Positions 53,250-62,800 of a DNA stretch of 64,000 bases are shown here, in pieces. The position numbers and the translations under genes are program-made. Origin of the DNA: a virus (Duplodnaviria > Caudoviricetes); IMG/VR virus record IMGVR_UViG_3300027917_000018, positions 1-64,000 of that record, one strand, 5' to 3'. The notes under the pieces were generated by a model. That model was not told the DNA's origin. It did no database searches and saw nothing but the letters and a program-made list of their open reading frames with translations. Each line of letters begins with the position of its first letter. The stretch's first letter is position 1.

Positions 53250-54979
53250 AAGCTCTGGAAAAGGCAGTGCGCGAGTGGTCTTCGATCAAAGGCTACGCTC
53301 CTGAGCGCTTCGACCCCTTCAGCGTGGATACCGGCATCAAGGTTTACGATCGGAATAGGCCGCGCAGGTTTTACCACAGCGGCGACATCGGCGACATCAT
53401 CTATGCTTTGCCCACCATGCGGGCCTTGGGCGGAGGAGAGCTGGTCCTGGGGCCGCAAATGCGCCAGGATGTGCGGGCCACGGTTCGGGCGGCAATGACC
53501 GAGAAAATGGCCGCGATGCTCCGTCCGCTGCTGCAATTGCAGAGCTACGTCAAGTGGGTGGCCTTCGCGCCCGCAATGCCGGAAGTGGACGTTGACCTGA
53601 ACAAGTTCCGCGAGGAGCTGGTAGTCGACAGCGCCGCCTTCCGGCGCACAGGCCGTCTGCTGAATCTCGCCGAGGCACACTTGAAGCGCTTCCGGCTGGA
53701 TTTGCGCGAATGCCAAAAACCGTGGCTGGTTGTCGACCGGGCGGTGGCCATTAAAGACCGGCCCGTAATTCTGCACCGCTCGCCCCGGTGGCGGAATTCG
53801 GATTTTCCTTGGCAGGACGTGCTCGAAAAATACGGATCGCAGGCACTCTTTGTCGGACTGCGAAGCGAGTACGACGACTTCGTGTCCGACTGGGGCGCTG
53901 ACCTGCCGTTCTACCAAATCAGCGACTTTCTGGACATGGCCAGGCTGATCGCCGGGTCCGAGCTGTTCATCGGTAACCAGAGTTTTCCATACGCCCTAGC
54001 TGAGGGCATGAAGAAGACTTCGCTGCTCGAAGTATGGCCGGATGGTCCGAACTGTCTGTTTCAGAGGCCCAACGCCAACTACGGCCTGGGCAAAAACGTT
54101 TACATTCCAAACCTCAAGTTCAGTATGGTCGAAGAAAAGCTGACTGAATGCCCGATGTGCGGCACTGCCGACGCTGTCCCCGTCAGGCGGAGCGCGGACA
54201 TCGTTTCCTGCAACAGCTGCAATCTCGTTTACCTGCGAACTCGCATGAGCGCCGACAGCATGGAGGAGCACTATCAGCGGTACGCTGACGGCACATCTCA
54301 CATGCGGCTGCCTGAGCGGATCGAGGAAGTCCGCACGTCCGGCTTGCGTCGGGAGTACTTCATGCAAGAGCTTCTGGAGCACGTCAAATCCGGCGCGTTA
54401 CTGGACATCGGGAGCGGGTGGGGTGCCTGGCTGTCCAACGCCAGGGCCAAGGGCTTTTCGGTGCGCGGTGTCGAAATATGCCGTAAAATGGCCGATTTCG
54501 CCTGTTCGGTCCTCGGCGTTCCCACTATGACTCGGCAGCTTGAAGACTGCGGCTTCGCCAACGCCGACTTTGACGTGGTCACGGCGATTCACTCGCTGGA
54601 ACACCTGCCCTACCCGAAAACGGCGTGGGAGACTGTGCGCCGCATTCTTCGTCCGGGCGGTTTCTTCTGCGGCATCGTTCCCAACTTCGAGTCATTGTGC
54701 TCCAGAGCACAGAAGGAGGGATGGATGTGGCTGGACCCGAACATGCACTACGTCCACTATACCGAAAACACCCTGCGGCAGTGCTTGGAACGCTTCGGGT
54801 TCCAGCCAATTCGCATTTACACCGCGACCGGTGACTTTGATCCGGGCCAGGTCGCCAAAGTGGTCTCAGCCAGCTCACAAGTACCGATCGGCGAAGAGGA
54901 GATGAAAAGCCGCATTGAGGCAGTCTGCGCCAGCGGCGAGGGAGAGGAATTACGATGGTTTGCACAAAAGAAGAGCTGA
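53246..54979 (+). CDS. GT9-like glycosyltransferase fused to a Zn-ribbon class I SAM methyltransferase
   Basis: N-terminal HSGDIGDIIYALP...FIGNQSFPYALAEG; C-terminal CPMC...C..C.LVY, LLDIGSGWG, FDVVTAIHSLEHL..P...LRPGG. Confidence 0.8.
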   Translation: MKALEKAVREWSSIKGYAPERFDPFSVDTGIKVYDRNRPRRFYHSGDIGDIIYALPTMRALGGGELVLGPQMRQDVRATVRAAMTEKMAAMLRPLLQLQSYVKWVAFAPAMPEVDVDLNKFREELVVDSAAFRRTGRLLNLAEAHLKRFRLDLRECQKPWLVVDRAVAIKDRPVILHRSPRWRNSDFPWQDVLEKYGSQALFVGLRSEYDDFVSDWGADLPFYQISDFLDMARLIAGSELFIGNQSFPYALAEGMKKTSLLEVWPDGPNCLFQRPNANYGLGKNVYIPNLKFSMVEEKLTECPMCGTADAVPVRRSADIVSCNSCNLVYLRTRMSADSMEEHYQRYADGTSHMRLPERIEEVRTSGLRREYFMQELLEHVKSGALLDIGSGWGAWLSNARAKGFSVRGVEICRKMADFACSVLGVPTMTRQLEDCGFANADFDVVTAIHSLEHLPYPKTAWETVRRILRPGGFFCGIVPNFESLCSRAQKEGWMWLDPNMHYVHYTENTLRQCLERFGFQPIRIYTATGDFDPGQVAKVVSASSQVPIGEEEMKSRIEAVCASGEGEELRWFAQKKS

Positions 54980-55857
54980 AAAAGATCGCTGTGGCCATTC
55001 CGTCCTATCGGAGGCCCGAATTCCTGAAGCGATGTATCGCCGCTGTAGCCGCCATGCCGGAGGTCCAGGCAGGCGTCCCGGTCTTCCTGCTGGCTGACGG
55101 CGGCTTGGAATCGCAACGAGAGCGCTGTATGGCCGCTTTTCTGGCGGAGTACGTGCCCGACAGGACCGTGATCTGCCGCACGGATCGCCACCGGCAGCCT
55201 CGGAATATGATCCTTGGTAAGCAAGAGCTGTTTAGCAGGGGCTTTGAGTGGGTGGCGATCATCGAAGAAGATGTCGTTGTTCACCAGCATTGGCTGGCGC
55301 TCATGCTTTCGCTACATCGGTGGGCGGACGAGAACTTTGACAACTGCGGCATGGTTGGGAGCAGCATTGTGGACGACGCCAACGACCCAGCCTGGGTTTC
55401 GGATGCTGGTCAGTCCATTTGCAATCATCTGATTTCAAAGCGCGCTTGGACCCGGATATGGCCGATGCTCTGCGATTACCTGGATCGCGTGCCTGAAAGC
55501 GAGGAACGCGACGACCCGCGTGTGATTCAGGTCCAGCGTTGGTTCAATGAGCAGGCCGCCAGAATTCCCGCAGGCGGGCCGCGCAGCATTCCTCACCACT
55601 GGCGGTCGGAGCCCAAAGACTTCTACTTAGCGGAATCGGTGCCCGCCAGCCAGGATGCTGCGCACGATCTGGCCCTTCGTGTAAACGGCATGGCTAGGCT
55701 TGTTTGCGACGCCAATCGGGCCGTGCATATCGGCAGCTATGGCGAGCACACAACGCAGAACGAGAAGTACGATCAAACCTTAAAAGGCTGGCCTGAAGAT
55801 GCCGACCGAACCTCATTTGTCTTGCGGAGGAAAAGGCCCGCTCCCGCCGTGGCGTGA
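54955..55857 (+). CDS. GT-A fold glycosyltransferase
   Basis: VAIPSYRRPEFLKRCIAA...LLADG...IIEEDVVV...HIG.YGEH. Confidence 0.75.
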   Translation: MVCTKEELKKIAVAIPSYRRPEFLKRCIAAVAAMPEVQAGVPVFLLADGGLESQRERCMAAFLAEYVPDRTVICRTDRHRQPRNMILGKQELFSRGFEWVAIIEEDVVVHQHWLALMLSLHRWADENFDNCGMVGSSIVDDANDPAWVSDAGQSICNHLISKRAWTRIWPMLCDYLDRVPESEERDDPRVIQVQRWFNEQAARIPAGGPRSIPHHWRSEPKDFYLAESVPASQDAAHDLALRVNGMARLVCDANRAVHIGSYGEHTTQNEKYDQTLKGWPEDADRTSFVLRRKRPAPAVA

Positions 55858-55876
55858 CAGCCTGTGGTTCAAAGCC

Positions 55877-56440
55877 ATGATCCAGGTTTTGACGGACGGG
55901 CCGCGCCATTCGCTGGTAAACCCGAGCCGCCTGTGGATTCTGGCCGAAGCATGCTCTTTGGTTCGGGGCCTTGTCGGCTGTGCCGTTGAATTTGGTGTTT
56001 ACCGGGGAGGCTCGGCCTGGTTCCTACGAAATGTGCTGCCATCCGACGTGGTTCTCCATCTGTACGATAGTTTTCAGGGCCTGCCAAAGCCATCGCCCCA
56101 CGACGGGTTTCACGAGGGCGATTTCGGGGACACGTCCCTCGATCAGATCAACGACTTGGCGCAAAAGCCCAACGTGGTAATTCATACTGGCGTGTGGAGC
56201 GCCGACGTGGAGGTCCCTGAATCGGTTTGTTTTGCCCATCTGGACTGCGACATTTACCCAAGCGCCAAGGATGCGCTCGCCGCCCTTTGGCCGAAGATGC
56301 TGCCCGGCGGACTGATTGTCTGCGACGACTACGGTTTTCCGAATTGCCAGGGCGTTTACAAAGCTGTAAACGAATTTATCGCCAGCTACGGTGTCCGCCC
56401 CATGCGGCTTGAAACAGGCCAATGCCTGCTGTTCCGATGA
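55877..56440 (+). CDS. TylF/MycF-family O-methyltransferase
   Basis: VEFGVYRGGS...YDSFQGLP...FAHLDCDIY...PGGLIVCDDYG. Confidence 0.88.
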   Translation: MIQVLTDGPRHSLVNPSRLWILAEACSLVRGLVGCAVEFGVYRGGSAWFLRNVLPSDVVLHLYDSFQGLPKPSPHDGFHEGDFGDTSLDQINDLAQKPNVVIHTGVWSADVEVPESVCFAHLDCDIYPSAKDALAALWPKMLPGGLIVCDDYGFPNCQGVYKAVNEFIASYGVRPMRLETGQCLLFR

Positions 56441-57366
56441 AAAGGCAAAAGATCGATGATCGGTTTCCAAGCAAAGTGATGTACAGGACGCATCCGTGCG
56501 TTTTTGAGCGCTCAATCGCGCCCGAGCCTGGAACCGCGTGGGCGGTGCGGGGACCCAGGCGGCTGATGACTTACCGCGTAGAGCTTGAGCCCCTGAACCA
56601 GCGCAGCTCGACGTGCCTGTGTCCTCTCGACGATAACTGGACGCCCATGTACCATTTGGAGCACCACCTGGATTTCGGTCTTCCGCGCAATGAACAGCGC
56701 ATGGCCATCGAGGAGGACTGCCGGTTGTTCAATTTTTGCGGCAGGGTTTGGTTCAACATCACCAACCGCAACGATACGTTCCTGGGCGAGCTGGATTGGC
56801 AGGCCCACGACCCGAAGGTGGTCGGCTGCGGCATTCTCGCGTTTCCGTTTGAGGTCGGCAGCACGGAAAAGAACTGGATGTTCTTTGAACAGGGTGGCCT
56901 GCTCTACGGGGTCAGATGGGTTCACGCCCACGTCGTTCATCGGATTTACCCCGACTTCCAGAAAGGTCACGCGGTTAGCGAGCCTATCGTCCACGAATAC
57001 CGGCTGGACTGGCCGCATGGCCGTCCCCACGGCGGCACGTCGCCAGTTGCGATCGGCGACGAGTACCTCAGCCTTTTTCAGTCCAGCAAGCTCGCTGCGG
57101 TAAATGGCCGCAAAGACTACTACGTTGGCGTTTACGCTTTTGAGGCCAAGCCACCTTTTAGGGTTACGCGTGTGCCAAAAGAGCCTTTGATTTCTCCGCT
57201 GACCTGGCCCGAACATTCTGTCGGGTTCAATGGGCACAACACTTTCTTTCCGTTGGGCCTTGCACGAGAGAACGACACCTGGAGGGTCAGTCTTGGGGAT
57301 GACCGCGCCATGTGGCTGCTCGAATACAGCACCGATGAACTCCTCGACGCAACCAAACCTGTTTGA
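56437..57366 (+). CDS. beta-propeller glycosidase/phosphorylase-like protein
   Basis: EDCRLF...EKNWMFF...HGGT.PV...YY.G.Y.F...PPF.; ATGA-coupled to the upstream TylF gene. Confidence 0.65.
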   Translation: MKRQKIDDRFPSKVMYRTHPCVFERSIAPEPGTAWAVRGPRRLMTYRVELEPLNQRSSTCLCPLDDNWTPMYHLEHHLDFGLPRNEQRMAIEEDCRLFNFCGRVWFNITNRNDTFLGELDWQAHDPKVVGCGILAFPFEVGSTEKNWMFFEQGGLLYGVRWVHAHVVHRIYPDFQKGHAVSEPIVHEYRLDWPHGRPHGGTSPVAIGDEYLSLFQSSKLAAVNGRKDYYVGVYAFEAKPPFRVTRVPKEPLISPLTWPEHSVGFNGHNTFFPLGLARENDTWRVSLGDDRAMWLLEYSTDELLDATKPV

Positions 57367-57958
57367 GCTGATGGAGCAGACGATGGGAATGCTCTGCTTT
57401 CCCAGGGCCACCCATCTGGCGCATTACCTTCTTCAGACGGCCACGGTTCCAGGAGCGGTGGCTGAATTTGGCTGCCACCAGGGCCGTACGGCGGCCTTTA
57501 TGACGGCTCTGACCAAGAAGCACGTTTACGTTTACGATAGCTTTGCCGGGCTGCCGCCACCGTCGGAGCATGACAGGCCATCGGAGGTCTTCCACGAGGG
57601 CGCGATGGCTATAAGCCCGCAAGAGCTGGTAGACCTATTCAAGAGACTCGGGCTGCGCACACCGATCATTGAGCCCGGCTTCTTCAAGGACCTCCAGCCC
57701 CACCAGTTGCCCAAGGAAATCGCTTTTGCCCACTTGGACGGCGACTTCTACGAAAGCATTGCGGGGCCGCTGTACGTGGTCTGGCCGAGGCTGTCGCCCG
57801 GAGGCTACATCGTGGTCGACGATTGGGACTGGGACCAGCTACCGGGCGTCACGGACGCGGTCAAGGCGTGGTCGAAAGATATAGGGATCAAGCCGGAGGT
57901 TCAGTACGGCACGGACGGGGCAGGATGCCACCAGGCGGTGCTGCACAAACCTAGTTAG
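57335..57958 (+). CDS. second TylF/MycF-family O-methyltransferase
   Basis: AEFGCHQG...YDSFAGLP...GFF...FAHLDGDFY...PGGYIVVDDW. Confidence 0.88.
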   Translation: MNSSTQPNLFELMEQTMGMLCFPRATHLAHYLLQTATVPGAVAEFGCHQGRTAAFMTALTKKHVYVYDSFAGLPPPSEHDRPSEVFHEGAMAISPQELVDLFKRLGLRTPIIEPGFFKDLQPHQLPKEIAFAHLDGDFYESIAGPLYVVWPRLSPGGYIVVDDWDWDQLPGVTDAVKAWSKDIGIKPEVQYGTDGAGCHQAVLHKPS

Positions 57959-58145
57959 GGACCGGTACGGCCTTAAGCTGAACCGGTTCAGGCTCGGCGG
58001 GCTTTGATTCGGCAAGGTGCTTCATCACGTCCACGCTAACCTGAGCTGTCCGGTCCTCGACCAGCTGCTGGCCCGATTCCTCGACCGGGCGCGTTTCGGG
58101 CTCGAACTGACGGGCCAGGTCGATATGCTCATGTAGGCGACTCAT
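57951..58145 (-). CDS. small hypothetical protein
   Basis: 64-aa ORF preceded by TAGTTAA. Confidence 0.5.
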   Translation of the reverse strand: MSRLHEHIDLARQFEPETRPVEESGQQLVEDRTAQVSVDVMKHLAESKPAEPEPVQLKAVPVPN

Positions 58146-58162
58146 CGTTCTTAACTACGATG
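58143..58162. promoter_or_regulatory. symmetric bidirectional start junction
   Basis: CATCGT-TCTTAACT-ACGATG: reads GTTCTTA on plus and GTAGTTAA on minus. Confidence 0.6.
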
Positions 58163-59221
58163 ACTGGCGATCAGCTACGCGAAACGGTCGAGCAGCTCTT
58201 TCAGCCGGTGCCGCACCGCAGCACCGCGACGGAGCTGGCTTTCGTCTGCCCGCAGCCCGGATGCACGGATTCTTCCGGCCACCGATCCGTTAACCTGAAG
58301 ACCGGCCAGACCAACTGCTGGATTTGCGGGGTCGGCGGCGATTTTGTGCGCTGGGCACAGCGGCTTGGCTACGCGGTCACGGAGGAACACCGGGTTACCA
58401 AGCCGATGGAGGAGGCTGAGTTCGACCGCATCAGCCGGACTCCGGTCAATGACTTGCCGGTGGTCACCAATATCAAACTGCCGAAGGGTTTCAGGCTTTG
58501 CCGGGACTACCCGAACAGCGTTTACACGGAATTCATCGCCGAAATGGCCGAGCGCAAGGGACTGAAAATCGATGACCTCATGTCCGTGAGTGTGGGCTTT
58601 ACGAAGACCGATCCGTTATGGGAGCCTTACGCGATCTTCCCCAGTTTCGAGTATGACAAGGTCGTTTACTATCAAGGCCGGACCTATGTCGACGAGCCCG
58701 ACCAGAAAACCAAGAAGTTCCCCAGCCGCCGGGAAGTTCCCTACAGCGCCAAGTACTGGGTCTACGGCATTGACGAACTGCGCGCCGAGCGGCCCGAGAC
58801 CGTGCTGGTCATGGAATCCATTTTGAACGTGCTGACCATGCGGCGGTTCATGCGCCGTCACAAAATCAAAGGCGTCGGTACAGCCTGTGTTTTCAGCCAC
58901 AGCATCAGCGAGCCGCAGGCCACCAAACTCAGGCAGCTGGAATTCCTGAAGGAGGTTGTGCTTCTATTCGACCACGACGCGACTCGTCGCGGCTGGCAGA
59001 AATCGCCCAGGCTCGGCAACAAGTTCAACCTGACGATCGCGGACATGCCGCCTGGCCCCGGCGGCGAGAAGAATGACCCGAACGACGATCCAGAGGGTGC
59101 GTGGCGGGCTTTTGAAAAGCGCGAGCACGTGAATACTGTTTTGGCTGCTGGTGCCGACATGTTCGATTTCGACCGGGAACCGCTGGACGCTGATTCGTTT
59201 ACGCGCCGACGCCGTTCTTAG
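58160..59221 (+). CDS. DNA primase (Zn-binding + Toprim)
   Basis: CPQPGC...NCWIC Zn module, YYQGR, Toprim VMESILN and LFDHD. Confidence 0.85.
   Translation: MTGDQLRETVEQLFQPVPHRSTATELAFVCPQPGCTDSSGHRSVNLKTGQTNCWICGVGGDFVRWAQRLGYAVTEEHRVTKPMEEAEFDRISRTPVNDLPVVTNIKLPKGFRLCRDYPNSVYTEFIAEMAERKGLKIDDLMSVSVGFTKTDPLWEPYAIFPSFEYDKVVYYQGRTYVDEPDQKTKKFPSRREVPYSAKYWVYGIDELRAERPETVLVMESILNVLTMRRFMRRHKIKGVGTACVFSHSISEPQATKLRQLEFLKEVVLLFDHDATRRGWQKSPRLGNKFNLTIADMPPGPGGEKNDPNDDPEGAWRAFEKREHVNTVLAAGADMFDFDREPLDADSFTRRRRS
59214..59220 (+). promoter_or_regulatory. GTTCTT-class motif (GroES)
   Basis: GTTCTTA 5 nt before ATG 59226. Confidence 0.5.
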
Positions 59222-59225
59222 GGGC

Positions 59226-59849
59226 ATGAAGCAAATCAAAGCGCTGTTTGGCAACCGTCTTGCCGTTCAACTGGCCGAAGAGGAATACGAGGGGCTGATT
59301 GTGACCGCTCCGACCGCGATGCGGATGCACGTGCTGGCCAAAGTCATTGCCAAGGGGCCGGAGGTCAAAGGCATTGAGGTCGGCGACATCGTGTTTTACC
59401 AGAAGGTGATTCACCCGTTCGGGAACGCGCAAACTGACCCGTTCGGTGACGCCAAGCGCTACGACCTTAATGGAACGCCCACTTTCATCGAGATGGCCGG
59501 TGACATGATCGCCAAACTCACGGCGCAAAAGGTCAAATTGGAGCATTTTCAGGCCATCGGGGATTGGTGCCTCTGCCGTAAGAAAGTGATCGAACCGAGC
59601 AAGCTGATCGTTGTGCCCGACACCGCCGAGGCTACGAACCAGGACATCATGGTCGAGTTCCACGTGGAACAAGTTGGTGAGTCGGTAAACATGGACTTGC
59701 CGCATGGGGCGGAGCTGATTCTGGACCGGGGACGCGCCAACCCGCTACAAATCGAGCGCGAGGACTTCGTCTACGTCCACAAGAACTTCATCCTGGGCGT
59801 TCTTGGGTATCCGACGGACACAACAGAGCCTGAAGCGACCGGTAGTTAG
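59226..59849 (+). CDS. tandem double-domain GroES-like co-chaperonin
   Basis: Domain 1: LFGNRLAV...GLIV...AKVIAKGP...IEVGDIVFY. Domain 2: AIGDWCLCR...SKLIVVPD...V.QVG...FV.V....ILGVL. Confidence 0.75.
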   Translation: MKQIKALFGNRLAVQLAEEEYEGLIVTAPTAMRMHVLAKVIAKGPEVKGIEVGDIVFYQKVIHPFGNAQTDPFGDAKRYDLNGTPTFIEMAGDMIAKLTAQKVKLEHFQAIGDWCLCRKKVIEPSKLIVVPDTAEATNQDIMVEFHVEQVGESVNMDLPHGAELILDRGRANPLQIEREDFVYVHKNFILGVLGYPTDTTEPEATGS

Positions 59850-59852
59850 GAC

Positions 59853-62800
59853 GTGGTAACGCTCACGCTTAACGGCGCTCCAGCACCAACAAGCTACGCT
59901 CTAGGGTCCGTTTACACGCTTCTGGCGCTGGTTGACGCGCAGGAGCCGCTTTCGGTTGAATGGTCGGTTGCCCGCCAGGGCGAGCCGCCCATCGCCGGTA
60001 CCGGTCCCATTCGTTTTGAGCCGGTCGCCGCCGAGACTCACTATCTTCACGTCGCTGCCGTTGGCCAGGACGGTGTCCTCCAGCAAACCGTTTTCCAGCT
60101 TCAGGTCGTCGCTGCCGGGGCTTCTGCCATGTCGCCCACGATCCAGTGGTCGACGACCAGCCCCGCCATCCGCCAGACAGTTGTGGCAACCATTTCGGCG
60201 GCCAATCCCAGCACTGGGTCACGGCGTCCGCCGCGCAACATCGCCTGGACAGTCTACCTGAATGGCACACCCATCCTGGGCGGTGAGGGAGCCCAAACCG
60301 GCTTTCCGATCCTCTATCCTGGCGTTTACCGGCTCGTGGCAACGCTTGTGGACGAGGGAGGCAATTCGGCCACGGCGGACAGCTCGATCGTGGTTCCGGG
60401 TGGTTTTGAGCTTCAGACCGCCGTTGTGCCAAAACAGCCCACTGGGACTCTGTACTACTTGGGCAGCGTTTATTCTGCCACGGTCGAGGGCTACGCACAG
60501 CTGGCCACCGAGCTGCCTTACCTTGTCATTAGCGCCAACAGCGCGGTCCACCTGCTGCCGGGCACGACGCATGTCATCGCCGAAGTTGAGGAAGGCGGCG
60601 TTGTTCAAGATGAAGTCGTGCTCAGGTCCAGGCTGGGAAACTGGTCCCTGGTTGGCGGCCCAGGCGGCTTGACCACTGAGTCCCTGTTTTACGATTACGT
60701 CCCGGCAGTGCCGCTGCCCGCCCCGCACGACCGCCTGTTCCGCTACACGCTCGACCAATGGAAAGTGGGCGGCACTTCCGTTTCCGACTATCGGTTTCGG
60801 GTCCGGTTCAAGTGCTACCGCGAGGGCCAGAAGCTTTACGAGTACAGCGCCTGCCCGTACGCCAACTACCCAGGCGGTGAGGCGCTTCGCGAAAAGCGGA
60901 TGGTGGCGTTGATCACGAACGTCGATTTCAGGCTGGATGCCGAAAGCCCGGACAACCGCCTCGGTTCGACGGACACGATCACGTACACGACACCCAATCA
61001 GATCACGCTGGAAGGCAACTTTACGCCGGACGGTGCGCCCTACGGTGTCGCCTACCGCGAGGAAGACCACGGGTTCACGGCGCAGAACATCATCGCCAAC
61101 TACGAGGCCGCCGGGCACCCGGACATCAAAACCCACGCTGTTTACGGAATACCGGGCGTCCGGCCCGCCCTGCTGGACTTCACACAGCCTGGCCTGCCAA
61201 GGATCATTCAGTACGCCAAGCGCTTGCACGGTAAGCTGGTGGTCTACATGGCGGGCGGAGGCGTGTCCTACGACACGGTCATTTGGGCTCGAATTTATAC
61301 CGGCAAGTCGCCGGGTTACCAGGTGGTCCGTCTGCGCTGCGCCGACGTGCTCTACAATGGCTCCTTGGAGCGCTACGTGAAAGTTGCCGAAGCGGACATT
61401 GACCTCAGCGACTTCGAGTTCGGCAAAGTCGGCTTGGCCATTGATTTGACGCTGGATGAGGCCGAGGCGCACACGACGCCCTACTATCGCACCGAGGATA
61501 CCGACGATGCTTGGGAGACGGAGGAGGGCGGCTTTTTCTGGCAAGTGGAAGAGTCGGGCACCGACGTAAATTACCAGCCGCCTGAAATTGCGCCGGAAAG
61601 GGTCTACGCGACCTCGGGCAGCCAGGCCGTTCACTACGAGGGAGCCTGCTACTATAGGCCGGTTCCCGTGGCGGTCTTCGACGGCACCCACGCCGTCGCG
61701 GGCACAGTCATCGAGAGCTGTGCCGATCCCGTTTGCGGCGACCGTGGCGTTTACTGCTACACCGACGGAACGAATTTTGCCCAAGTCATTCAGCCGCTGG
61801 ATCACCCCGCGCCCTACTTGGCGTTTGCCAGCGACCAGGCTCATTGTTGGTACGACCCGTACTTCGTTGCCATTGCCGGGGACGGGACCGTGGCGATCAA
61901 CGAGCCCTACCTGCCGTATTCGGGGACAAGCGGCTGCGGCATAGGTTACGCTTACGCCAGCTGCGGATCACTCGCCGCCATCGCCGTCATTTACCCGGCG
62001 GCGGCCTCACCACACAGCTTTGTGGCCTACGGCAGCAACTGCTACGCGCTGAGTGGCAGCGTCGCGGACCTGCGCCCTTACGAGACTGTGGCTTTGGTGG
62101 CGGACGTGACTGCCGTAGCGAGCTGCGATGACGTAGCCTGTACGGGCAGCGATGCCTCGGGTGACTCGGCCTGGTACCTCGACCAGCACGGCCAGCGGGT
62201 CCAGGTCTACTTCCCGCATTTGAATCAGGGAATTCCCAGCTACGGGGCGGCACAGGAGAGGATGAGCCCCGGCTATGGGAGGACGCCGCCGGGCCGCCTC
62301 TACTACAATTCCTGGGCGCAGCCGATCTGGCCCATAATGACGGCGCAGGAGGCCGCCACGGTGGACTTCGTAATGACCCCGCTGGGCTGGACCCGGAAGC
62401 TTTACGTGCGCCGTGGCACTACCGTTACCGAGTACTCTTATGGCCTTGGCACGGTGCGCAAACGCATCGATTTGCAAGCCGGGGACCACGTCTTTCTTCA
62501 GTTCGGCTCCAGGTCGACCAATCTGGAAGGCTACGTGGACTACGCCAAGCGCGTAACGCTGCCCGCGTATTACGACAGCGCAGTCTTGGACACCGGTACG
62601 GCCTCCTCAATCAGGGCTCTTGGCTTCTGCGGCTTCTCCCAGGTCGAGGATTACGTTTTCTTCGGCACGCTGCCGGTAGAAACCGCCATGTCCCTGCCCA
62701 ATCCCGACAGTATCGTCACTGTCACTGGAAGCGGAGCGGAGGAGCAGCTTCTCGTCAGAACTTTTGCCTACGGCGATCGGTACTACCCGCTGTCCTGGCC

